DNA from: a virus
Direction: 5' to 3' (one strand)
Length of the DNA: 64,000 nt
Virus record (IMG/VR): IMGVR_UViG_3300031111_000012
Location: 2,338 to 66,337 of that record
The notes beneath the pieces were generated by a model. That model was given only the letters and a program-made list of their open reading frames with translations, was not told the DNA's origin and made no database searches. Positions 55,568 through 64,000 of this stretch are shown here, one piece after another. Position numbers and translations under genes: made by a program. Numbering within the stretch: position 1 is the first letter of the stretch; the number at the start of each line of letters is the position of its first letter.

Positions 55568-56695
55568 TTAACGGCGGCTACGACGGGAACGCTTCGGTGC
55601 GGGCTTTTCAATGCCCAGCTCGGCAGCGATGTCTTCCGCCAACTCCTGCTCCTCACCCTCGGGGTAGTCATCCGGATCGATGTCGATGCCCTCGTCGTTG
55701 ATCACTTCGCAAAGCGAGTCGAAGTCCTCCTCCGCCATGACCATCAACTCATCCCAAGTGAGGCCGTCGCCTTCCTCGGCTTCCTCTTCCTCAGCTTCCT
55801 CTTCCTCACGACCACGGCCACGATGCCGGCCCCGGGTACCATGGTAGTCGTCATCCTTCTTGGACTTCTTCGATCCACGATGACCGCCGGCGAAGGCTTC
55901 CTCGATCAGGTCGGAGTCGATTTCGGCAAGCAGCTCAGGCAGCGGATTTTCAACGACAACCTCAAGCCAGTCGTCTGCGTTCCTGCCCAGCTCGCTGGAA
56001 TGGCGACTGATCTTCAGGCCCTCGTAGCGGGTGCGTTGGCCTTTGCCGGTTTTGGTGAACTCAACGTCGTATCCGTTTTCGGGATCATCGATGTTGAGCA
56101 CCTCGCCAGTGCGCCTATCCACCATCTGAGCGGCCAGCTCCTTATCGATGGAGCGGTAGGGGGATGCCCAAAGCTTCGGACCTTCCTTCTCGTTGTCCCG
56201 GTCGATAACCCAATAGAGCACGCGGTGAGCCGGATTCAACTCACGTGCCAGGTCCTCATCCCCATCTGCGGCGGCCTCGTCGGCAGCGTCGCACACGGCG
56301 CAAGGCTCCCCTTTCATCCTCTTGGGACACAAGTAGGCTCCCTCCTCAGGACCTACACCGTAGTGCACGTAAGCATCGAGGCCGAAGTGTTCCGCGTCAT
56401 CCCAGGTAGGCGGCAGAATGCGGATAAGGTTATCCCCGTCCGCAGGGGTGAACCTCGGATGGTCCCCTACCAGAAAAGAAGGGCCCCGGTTACCATCGGC
56501 CTGCTGGCGACGGCTCACGTCATCAGCACTGCGCGGACGGTAAGTAAAGTTACCACCACCGCGACTGGAACGACCACCACGCTCACGAGAGGAACCACGG
56601 GATTCGCTACGATCCCTGCTACGGCTGCTACCGCGATCCGAGGAGCCCCGTGGGGCACGAGTGCCGCGTGACTCTGTACGGTTTTTTCTACGCAT
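55568..56695 (-). CDS. Single-stranded DNA-binding protein (gp32-like) with RS/RG-rich N-tail
   Basis: IRILPP, CP...EPCAVC, IDDPENGYD.EF.K.G...TRY; acidic C-region; strong codon bias. Confidence 0.8.
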   Translation of the reverse strand: MRRKNRTESRGTRAPRGSSDRGSSRSRDRSESRGSSRERGGRSSRGGGNFTYRPRSADDVSRRQQADGNRGPSFLVGDHPRFTPADGDNLIRILPPTWDDAEHFGLDAYVHYGVGPEEGAYLCPKRMKGEPCAVCDAADEAAADGDEDLARELNPAHRVLYWVIDRDNEKEGPKLWASPYRSIDKELAAQMVDRRTGEVLNIDDPENGYDVEFTKTGKGQRTRYEGLKISRHSSELGRNADDWLEVVVENPLPELLAEIDSDLIEEAFAGGHRGSKKSKKDDDYHGTRGRHRGRGREEEEAEEEEAEEGDGLTWDELMVMAEEDFDSLCEVINDEGIDIDPDDYPEGEEQELAEDIAAELGIEKPAPKRSRRSRR

Positions 56696-56711
56696 GATTA
56701 CTTACTCCTTA

Positions 56712-57263
56712 TCATCTATGGGTTTTACTGCGCTTGATACTCTTATGCCTTAGCGGCTTTCGAGTTGATGTTGCCTTCTTCCTGCTGGCAAGTGTGCCCG
56801 CTTCACTGCGGACATCTGTAGATACCGAAGGATTGCTCCCAAAGTATTCAGAAACATAAAGACGGGCGAGGTGGCCCAGCATTCTTGATCGTGTTTCGTA
56901 GGCCTCTTTGAGTGAGGCTATACGCGCCACCATACTCTTTTTATCTTGCAGGCGCGCGCGTAGCTTCACAACTTCAGGGTCCGTCATAACCTCTGACTTC
57001 ACCTTCCCCTCGGTGTAGGAAATACCCTCATCGTCGTACTCCTTGCGGATATCAAGGCCTACTTCTGACTCCAAGCGGTCAAGCTCATCCTTAAGCATGT
57101 CCCTTTCATCCTGAAAGGATACCAAGGCATCCGCCACCACGCCGAACAACCAGGGCTGACGCATCAACTCTGTATCGAGGTCTAGCGGATCAATTTCCAG
57201 CAAGGCCTTAAGCTCACTGAAAGTGTAATCGGAGCCCACAAGCTCCTCGTTCTTATCACGCAT
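56712..57263 (-). CDS. UvsY-like recombination mediator (coiled coil)
   Basis: LEID..DLD.EL..QP, YTEGKVKSEV..DP helical protein next to SSB and RecA. Confidence 0.5.
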   Translation of the reverse strand: MRDKNEELVGSDYTFSELKALLEIDPLDLDTELMRQPWLFGVVADALVSFQDERDMLKDELDRLESEVGLDIRKEYDDEGISYTEGKVKSEVMTDPEVVKLRARLQDKKSMVARIASLKEAYETRSRMLGHLARLYVSEYFGSNPSVSTDVRSEAGTLASRKKATSTRKPLRHKSIKRSKTHR

Positions 57264-57274
57264 GTTCGTATCCT

Positions 57275-58243
57275 CTATGATTGATACGCTAGGTAGCCAA
57301 TGGCCCTAAGGATTGGTGAGTACTTCTCCGAGCCCGCACAGGGTGACTTAAAGGCATCCAATACCGCTACCAACCATCGTGCATCCCTTGCACCCTTCGG
57401 GCTTAACAGGATAGAGGACATATAACTGAGCACGACCAGCCGGACACTTTCAGGAGAGGTGTTATCCTTCAACCCTGAAAGTATTCTGCAGGCTTCCTTG
57501 TAGTACTGATCTTCATCACGGCTAGGCGGATTGCTAAGCAACCTGCACAGCTCAATCACTTCCGCGTTCCCCTGCTCTACCTCCTGCAGTATCTCTGCGG
57601 CCTCTTTGCTTGAGTCACATGCAGATACCTTGCTGAGGTTAACCACAGCCTGACGAGCGCTGCCAGCAGCAGCCTGCACGCATACGGAAAGCACTTCCTC
57701 AGGAACCTCCCCTTGGAACTCCTCATCGTTAACCCAACCTACAAGCTCGAACAGGTCGTCTCGGCGTAGCTCGTTTAACGCGTAAGCGTGGCAGCGGGTA
57801 CGAATTGTTTTGGGCACTTTTCCGCTTTCCGTAGTGCACAGTACGAAGTAGACGTGGGGTGGAGGCTCCTCAAGGGATTTAAGCAGCACCTGCCACGCTT
57901 GCGAGGACAATGCGTGCACCTCATCGAGGATAACCATCAGGTCACCTCCGTTGAGTGGCTTATTACGCAAGCTTGTTACAAGCTGGCGGGCATCCTCAGC
58001 CTTGGCGTAGGTGGCTGCATCTACCTCCCGAATGTTTTGAGGGTGCTCAATACCTAGCAACTCCCCGGCGATAATACGGGCAATGGTTGTCTTGCCCACC
58101 CCACTAGGTCCCTCAAGCAGAATTGCATGCGGAACCTTATCGCCTAGGTCTTGCAGAGACCTGATAACATGGTCCTGACCTATTACTTCTTCAAGTACCT
58201 TGGGGCGATAAAGGATATGTAGATCCTCGAGCTGTTCACTCAT
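57275..58243 (-). CDS. Clamp loader (DnaX gamma/tau-like AAA+)
   Basis: YRPK.LEEVIGQ, GPSGVGKTT, LDEVH.LS, LLKSLEEPP, TIRTRC. Confidence 0.92.
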   Translation of the reverse strand: MSEQLEDLHILYRPKVLEEVIGQDHVIRSLQDLGDKVPHAILLEGPSGVGKTTIARIIAGELLGIEHPQNIREVDAATYAKAEDARQLVTSLRNKPLNGGDLMVILDEVHALSSQAWQVLLKSLEEPPPHVYFVLCTTESGKVPKTIRTRCHAYALNELRRDDLFELVGWVNDEEFQGEVPEEVLSVCVQAAAGSARQAVVNLSKVSACDSSKEAAEILQEVEQGNAEVIELCRLLSNPPSRDEDQYYKEACRILSGLKDNTSPESVRLVVLSYMSSILLSPKGARDARWLVAVLDAFKSPCAGSEKYSPILRAIGYLAYQS

Positions 58244-58282
58244 CTTTTAAGTTCTCCTAAGAACCAGTAAAATTGGTTAGCA

Positions 58283-60925
58283 CTACTGCGGCAGTACTTC
58301 GTCGCTTCGGAACTCCCCGAACGTTTTCATATCGAACCAGTTATCCCCTGTAGTGACCTCTACCACAATAGGTACGCATACCCACTCGAAAGGTACATCG
58401 CACATAATCCTTACCACATCCATGATGCGATCCTCAAAGGACCTGTCGTCCTTCATGTGAAAAGTAAGGTCATCGTGAATTTGCATCATTGGTTGCTTAC
58501 TGCGGTTATGCAGCACCCTGCGATTCCTGAACTTCCCAGCAGGGGGATAGGCAGCCTCACTGCACCGGTTCATCGCATCCCCAACAACCTCTGCGGTGGT
58601 TCCCTGTATCGGGCTATTGATCAGCTCGTTCTCCTTCATTGGCCCATACCTACGGCGACCATTCAGGGTTTCAATGTACCCATACTTTTTATAGAAGCGT
58701 TTTACGTCCTCCTGCCACTTCTTAACACCGTCATAGGTATCCCAAAACAGCTCGTACACTGGCTTTATAGTTCTAGCTTTTAGTCCAAGATGCAGTGCTG
58801 CCTGATCGAGCGTAGCCCCATAGAACAGTGGGAATGTCCAAACATTCTTCACATCCTTACGGAACCACTTAACGAGCTTTGCCTCGTCATCCTTATCATC
58901 GGTATACTTCTCCGCCATCTCATCTAATTTTTCAGGCGCAACGATCAGCAGTTCATCTGTCCACTTTTGGTGGGTATCGAGCCCTTTCCATAGCTCCTCA
59001 ATGTAGGCCTCATCCCCTGAGGCCATTGCAATATTACGTGCATCAATTTGACCGTAGTCAATAGCCACTAGCTTATAGCCCTCAGGAGGTACGATGATAC
59101 TGCGCACGTAGGCATCCCTTCTACTGGGCCAGTTTTGGTTATTGGGATCCTCTGAGGACAAGCGGCCAGTCACTACTTTGCTGTTGGTGTAGTTTGTATG
59201 CAGGCGCCCATCGTCATGCAACTGGTCAACTACACCATCAACGTAGGTTCCTTGAATCTTGGTTATGTTGCGGTACTCAAGGATTAGCTTAGCTATCTTT
59301 ACGGGCATCTTGCTAAGTGCTGCCTCATCCACTGAGTACTTATTGGTTCTCTCGTTCTTACCTTCCGGGCGTTGTAGCACCACACGGAACAGGTCCAACA
59401 CATCCTTGTTATTTGAGCCCGGATTAAAGGTATGACCATACTTAGCCTCAAAGCGTTTTACTGATTTATCCTTAGCAATCTCAGCAACAACGCGCTCGTA
59501 ATCCTTGGCAAGCTTTTTACTTAGCTGCCTGCGCCGACCCTCATCAATGCACATGCCTTCCTGCTGAGCCAGGGCAAGGGTTGGTGCGGATTGAACCTGG
59601 TACTCGTAGGTGCGCTGGGTACCTACATAGTAGGGGCTGGTGAGCTGCGCAAGCATTGGGTACATAAGCGCAGCAGTCCACTTTGCGTCCAACCCGTTGT
59701 AGGGTAGGATCCGATCAAGCTTTTCTGCCGCTAGGTTCGACATATTCATCTTGGGCGACAGGGCTTTAACGTTGAACCCGAAGTACCTCATAGTCAACGA
59801 TCCAAGCCTGTGGGAGGACCAATGGTTCATCGCATAGGACATACTCATCGTATCCTCCCATGAGGCAGTCCTTAACAGGTCTTTGCCGAATTCATACGAT
59901 AACCATTCCTGCTCAAATTTCAGATTCTGCGCAATCCAAATGGGCCCGTCGTAAAGCATCTCCCGTAGGCGCTTATGGATGCGCCTAAAACCGTGCCTAT
60001 TGGTTTTGTAGCAACCTTCAGTATGGTATAAAGGAAAAGAAACCCCTCCTTCTGCGGTTGCGAGAGCTACCGTAAGGATATCGTTACCTACGTTATAGGG
60101 GCGCAGGCCCTGACACTCAAGGTCGATCCCGCACTCAGGTTCCCCTGAAAGCTCATCCATCCAACCCAGCACGTTATCTACGTCGTAGTTACTTTTGCAT
60201 GTATACCAATCAAGGCCTTGCATTGCTTCTTCCTTGTTTGGTATATGAGGTACTGGGGGCAAACCTTCTTGCAGCATATCTTGCAAGCGCTGAAGGTCCA
60301 ACTCCATAACGTGCCTATTAGGATCATTGAAGGGCTCCGGTGCCCCCCTCTTACCTGGATTGCGGATTACCCACGAAGGATGGTAAATCGGGTATACCCA
60401 AAAGGTATGATCCTGAATACGATAGGGGAACAACATACCTCGCCAAGATTGGACCCTGGTATCCTCCAACCCAAAGCCGCCCAATAACCACTGCAGTGGA
60501 AAGTGGCCCGTAGCTATCAAAACCTGAGGTTTTGTTGCTACGATGTCGTCCTCTATATACCCACGACAACACGCCAGTTCCAGGGGCTCAGGATTGCGGT
60601 TACCATGCGGATGGCAGTTTATAGTATTGTTGAATCTAGCTACTTCCAAAAGGTCACCCATTGCGGGTCTAAGCAACCTGCCAGCCTTACCTACGAACTG
60701 CTCTGCTTTGAAGTCCTCTTCCTCCCCTGGTGCTTCTCCTAAAACATACACGGAGGCATCCTTCGGTCCCGTGGGTTCCATTTGAGGAGTGCGCAGCATG
60801 CGCCACTCCTTCTTCATCGAACAGCTATCGCAACCCCGCGTTGCTAGCACCTCAAGCGTTTCCTTGCTTAGTGATTTACCACCCTTTTGAGCCCTTGAAG
60901 AGGCCCCAGAAAGAAAAAAGCCCAT
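58283..60925 (-). CDS. Family A DNA polymerase with N-terminal uracil-DNA glycosylase (family 4-like) domain and 3'-5' exonuclease
   Basis: UDG: CDSC, GEAPG, FVGKAG, HPS. Exo: DLE, QNLKFE, YNGLDA. Pol: TGRLSS, DYGQIDAR, R...K....F...YG, NSPIQG, QIHDD. Confidence 0.93.
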   Translation of the reverse strand: MGFFLSGASSRAQKGGKSLSKETLEVLATRGCDSCSMKKEWRMLRTPQMEPTGPKDASVYVLGEAPGEEEDFKAEQFVGKAGRLLRPAMGDLLEVARFNNTINCHPHGNRNPEPLELACCRGYIEDDIVATKPQVLIATGHFPLQWLLGGFGLEDTRVQSWRGMLFPYRIQDHTFWVYPIYHPSWVIRNPGKRGAPEPFNDPNRHVMELDLQRLQDMLQEGLPPVPHIPNKEEAMQGLDWYTCKSNYDVDNVLGWMDELSGEPECGIDLECQGLRPYNVGNDILTVALATAEGGVSFPLYHTEGCYKTNRHGFRRIHKRLREMLYDGPIWIAQNLKFEQEWLSYEFGKDLLRTASWEDTMSMSYAMNHWSSHRLGSLTMRYFGFNVKALSPKMNMSNLAAEKLDRILPYNGLDAKWTAALMYPMLAQLTSPYYVGTQRTYEYQVQSAPTLALAQQEGMCIDEGRRRQLSKKLAKDYERVVAEIAKDKSVKRFEAKYGHTFNPGSNNKDVLDLFRVVLQRPEGKNERTNKYSVDEAALSKMPVKIAKLILEYRNITKIQGTYVDGVVDQLHDDGRLHTNYTNSKVVTGRLSSEDPNNQNWPSRRDAYVRSIIVPPEGYKLVAIDYGQIDARNIAMASGDEAYIEELWKGLDTHQKWTDELLIVAPEKLDEMAEKYTDDKDDEAKLVKWFRKDVKNVWTFPLFYGATLDQAALHLGLKARTIKPVYELFWDTYDGVKKWQEDVKRFYKKYGYIETLNGRRRYGPMKENELINSPIQGTTAEVVGDAMNRCSEAAYPPAGKFRNRRVLHNRSKQPMMQIHDDLTFHMKDDRSFEDRIMDVVRIMCDVPFEWVCVPIVVEVTTGDNWFDMKTFGEFRSDEVLPQ

Positions 60926-60955
60926 ACCATCTACTCCTCAATGCCGCTGGTTAGG

Positions 60956-62113
60956 TTAGCTTGTGGTTGCTACCAGGTGCTCAATGATCGTATTACCTAC
61001 CTCTGACTTGAGGTAAATGGAGTGTGGGAGTATCGCCATCTTCTTGGGCTCAAACTCAAGCCCTCGCAGCCAGTTGGGGGCGGATATGAAAACGTGTGTA
61101 TGCATCCCGGGCCCCTTGAACGGAAGCGCATCCTTCACCTCACTACCGAAGGCCTCTGCCCTGAGATGCATGAAGGAATCCTTGAGAGTAACCTCAATAC
61201 GACTGTCGCTGCTGTCCTTGCCTGCAACAATCGAGGCGCGGTTCAGGCAGTCATCCAAGCCCAAGGGGGGCGCTACTGGCTTTATCTTGCCGATAGCGTT
61301 ATGCCCCAATACATCCTCGAACGCTTCAACGTCAACGGAAAGGTTGAGCTTGGTAAAGGCACATGCAGCAAGGTACTTTCGTGACGCATCCAGGAATAGG
61401 CAGAAGGCCTGCTCTGATTCCTCGTCGATGTAAAGCATAACCTCACCTTCCTTGTCGTAACCGAAGTTGCGCGCCAGTGAAAGTACCTGCTTGCAGAAGC
61501 CCAAAGGAAGGTTTGCTTGAACCTCACCACTCTCGGTTTCATGGTCCTCAATGGTTATCTTGGTGAGGGTTTTATTGTCCGTTGAGTAGAGGTGCATTGC
61601 ATCCCCTACGTGGTCGATGGTAATACCCAGCTGTACGTCGTACATTGGATTCTCACCTGACACCTTTACCAGCATCTCCATTGCCTTCAACGCTTCCCCA
61701 TCGAGCGGAACCGCAACCCCTGCCGTATCCTCCCCGTAGATGATCTCACCATCCACTTCATCCGGAGGTGCAAAAAGGTAACTGGAAGCATCCAGAATGG
61801 GAAGCTTCATTCGGGTCTTGCCCTGCTTGATCACGAGGGAGTCCTTATCCTGCTCAAACTCCACCTGGGAATAGAACGTACCAAGGCTACGAATGAGGAT
61901 ATCTCCGGGAACCGCACACTCAAGATCCTCAAAGGCCTCGTTAAAAACCACGATACCCAGGGAGTCGTTGTACGCAAGCGCCCAGGGGCCGTGCTCCTCA
62001 GATTCCCCGAAGCATAGGTAACTGAGGATAGGCAAGATGCCCTTAACATCGAGCGCAGGTTGCAGCATCTTGAGATAGGTGGAGAATTCAGTAGGTTCTA
62101 CTTTTACAGTCAT
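60956..62113 (-). CDS. DNA sliding clamp (beta/DnaN-like)
   Basis: ILPILSYL N-terminal motif, LYSTD, 385-aa length, adjacent to polymerase and clamp loader. Confidence 0.75.
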   Translation of the reverse strand: MTVKVEPTEFSTYLKMLQPALDVKGILPILSYLCFGESEEHGPWALAYNDSLGIVVFNEAFEDLECAVPGDILIRSLGTFYSQVEFEQDKDSLVIKQGKTRMKLPILDASSYLFAPPDEVDGEIIYGEDTAGVAVPLDGEALKAMEMLVKVSGENPMYDVQLGITIDHVGDAMHLYSTDNKTLTKITIEDHETESGEVQANLPLGFCKQVLSLARNFGYDKEGEVMLYIDEESEQAFCLFLDASRKYLAACAFTKLNLSVDVEAFEDVLGHNAIGKIKPVAPPLGLDDCLNRASIVAGKDSSDSRIEVTLKDSFMHLRAEAFGSEVKDALPFKGPGMHTHVFISAPNWLRGLEFEPKKMAILPHSIYLKSEVGNTIIEHLVATTS

Positions 62114-63180
62114 TGTGGGTCTCGCTGATAGTTGGGAAAAGCGGCCATTGCGTTATTAAACACTCTGGGGTAGAAGAAAGTACCCAAAAGGTTCAAACAG
62201 CCTGACCGCATAAGCTTGGTATAAACAGTACGCATAGTAGGTACATCATGTACTGCCGGGGCTCCTGCAAGGAATACGTTGCAACCCTCGCCATAGCCCC
62301 AGCGCTGCTCCGCTAGCTCCTTGGCCTCGCGTTGAAGTTCCATAAAAAAGTGCCCGTTGGCAATATCCCTAGCCCAATACTCCTTGCTGAGCAACTCAAG
62401 GTATCTGGGACCAACTAGGGGTTTTATGTGACTCTCCAGGTACTCTGTAAGTACCCGCTGCTCCTGCTCCGAGTGTCTATGTAAGTGATCCTTTGCACCC
62501 AACTCGAAGGCCCTGTCCGACGTCCTAACAGGGGCAGGGCTTCTAGTGTATGTGTACCTGAACTCCCCGTTATGATTGCGCACCTTCGGGATGAGGACCC
62601 TGCCGTAACGCGTATTAGTGCACCAGGTTGACGAGTCAATGGTGTACCAAGGAAAGCGCGCTACCAATTCAGGGCTTGTTACGGCAAACCCGTGTGTTTT
62701 GTATTTTGGGGACCCATCCGGATTGCTAAGCAACCTAAAAATTTTGTCGGCGTGTGCTATGTAGGAAGCCTTCGCACTGAACTGACCCAGGCCACCGATC
62801 CCTATGTAGTCATGGTCATCCATATACCTACGCAGCCACTTAAAGTCCTCCCCGTTGTGGAATACAGGTACAGGATTTAATCCATTTTCCTCCAGGTATT
62901 TTTGAAGCTCCCAAGTAAGCTCCGCGTTACCAATCACGTCCAGGTTTACTACGAACCTAAGACGATCAGCGTGTTCGTGACAGTATTCGATATACCTCTC
63001 AACGTAATCCTTGAATGCCTGGGACCTGATAACATCGTACTTCCTCTCGATTGAGCCCCCATCCCGCTTAACGACCATCTGCATATAAACGGAGTGGGCA
63101 CCCGAATCGAGGGCATAGGAAAGTTGATTAGAGGTTATGAGGTCAAAGGCGCTACTATTTCTAAGCCGTTGCTTTAGCAC
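62110..63180 (-). CDS. dpdA: DpdA-like DNA guanine transglycosylase (TGT fold)
   Basis: LDSGA, NLDVIG, PVFH.GE, IGIGG, HGFA, DSSTW TGT motifs; adjacent to queC inside the replication operon. Confidence 0.8.
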   Translation of the reverse strand: MLKQRLRNSSAFDLITSNQLSYALDSGAHSVYMQMVVKRDGGSIERKYDVIRSQAFKDYVERYIEYCHEHADRLRFVVNLDVIGNAELTWELQKYLEENGLNPVPVFHNGEDFKWLRRYMDDHDYIGIGGLGQFSAKASYIAHADKIFRLLSNPDGSPKYKTHGFAVTSPELVARFPWYTIDSSTWCTNTRYGRVLIPKVRNHNGEFRYTYTRSPAPVRTSDRAFELGAKDHLHRHSEQEQRVLTEYLESHIKPLVGPRYLELLSKEYWARDIANGHFFMELQREAKELAEQRWGYGEGCNVFLAGAPAVHDVPTMRTVYTKLMRSGCLNLLGTFFYPRVFNNAMAAFPNYQRDPQ

Positions 63181-63192
63181 CTTAGTCCCTCC

Positions 63193-63924
63193 TTAACCAA
63201 TACTCAACCTCTGAATAAGCGGATCCTCCACCCCGGCGGCCTCGAAGCCCCGCTGCCGCAAAAGACAGGCGTGACACTTCCCACAGGGTGGAACCGCGCC
63301 GGCGTAGCAGGTGTGGGAATAGGCAAGGGCCTCCATTACAGGCAGCCCGTATTCCTCCTGAAGGTTTACAGCAAGGTTTACTGTTTCCCTCTTATCCAGG
63401 TAGAGCAGGGGGGCCTCCAGGATAATGGGGGTATCGGTAAGGCCCATAATTGCTGCGTTAATGGCCGCAGCCTGAGCCTCGAGGAAGGTGCTACGGCAGT
63501 CGGGATACCCACCGAAGTCCTCTTGAGATACCCCGGTAATGATGGTGGCAGCCCCCAGACTAACAGCACGGTTTGCCGCAACTGTGAGGAACAGCGCGTT
63601 GCGCATGGGGACGAAGGTTTGTTCGATGCCCTCATCAGGCAGCGCATCCACTCCCTCATAGGTATCGAGCGCGTGGCTTCTCGAAACCAAGGGGCTTGTG
63701 GATTGGAGAATACCTTCAGGCATGAAGATAATCTCGTGGCTTTCCACCCCAAGGATCCCAGCAGCCTTTTTCGCCGACTCGAGTTCCACTGAGTGCGCCT
63801 GACCATAATGGAAAGTTACCGCGTGTACCTGCGAAAAGACTGCCTTCGCATTAGCGAGGCACGTTACGCTGTCCTGACCTCCAGACAGCACTACCAGGGC
63901 AGTATCCTCTTTCAATTCGATCAT
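63193..63924 (-). CDS. queC: 7-cyano-7-deazaguanine (preQ0) synthase
   Basis: LSGGQDS, YGQAH..E, TFVPMRN, GYPDCR, HTCY...PCGKCHAC.LR. Confidence 0.95.
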   Translation of the reverse strand: MIELKEDTALVVLSGGQDSVTCLANAKAVFSQVHAVTFHYGQAHSVELESAKKAAGILGVESHEIIFMPEGILQSTSPLVSRSHALDTYEGVDALPDEGIEQTFVPMRNALFLTVAANRAVSLGAATIITGVSQEDFGGYPDCRSTFLEAQAAAINAAIMGLTDTPIILEAPLLYLDKRETVNLAVNLQEEYGLPVMEALAYSHTCYAGAVPPCGKCHACLLRQRGFEAAGVEDPLIQRLSIG

Positions 63925-64000
63925 ATCAATTCTCCTTCTTAGAGAGTAGGGGGGGGGGTTAGTAACCTTAGTTGATCAATTGCTCGATACGTTTAAGGTT

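Noticed and set aside
1-64000. tRNA genes, introns/inteins, DGR reverse transcriptase, IS elements, alternative genetic code
   Set aside because: No cloverleaf, homing endonuclease, RT or transposase motifs recognised; core genes are full length in the standard code.

Overview
The window is a 64-kb segment of a tailed dsDNA phage with siphovirus-type tail genes and probably a Proteobacterial host. Every credible gene is on the minus strand, and no integrase, tRNA or cas gene was recognised. In transcription order (right to left) it carries: (1) queC and a DpdA/TGT-fold gene; (2) a replication/recombination module (beta-clamp, UDG-fused family-A DNA polymerase, clamp loader, UvsY-like protein, SSB, RecA, RuvC-like resolvase, SbcCD); (3) about 10 kb of small accessory genes that separate the terminase small and large subunits; (4) head, neck and tail genes, including a -1 frameshifted tail chaperone; (5) an atypical lysis cassette with no recognisable muramidase or amidase; (6) a sigma70-type promoter with a ~650-nt GGA-rich non-coding leader feeding duplicated small early genes, a DenV-like glycosylase and a CsrA homologue; (7) ParB-like, sigma-like, queD, a large charge-patterned protein, queE, 5' exonuclease, two helicases and primase. 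The que/dpdA genes indicate 7-deazaguanine DNA modification, a known system. The most novel-looking signals are: a short basic motif ([KR][KR]V[PKQ]L) on the tails of about eight unrelated proteins, with a possible acidic hub protein; a possible phage Csr/Rsm circuit (CsrA, a CsrB-like leader and repeated GGA ribosome-binding leaders); a 37-bp repeat pair; two distant covarying palindromes with a CCCTAAAGGG core; and a split transglutaminase-like gene where the endolysin would be. All calls come from reading the sequence and motifs by eye; no searches were run.
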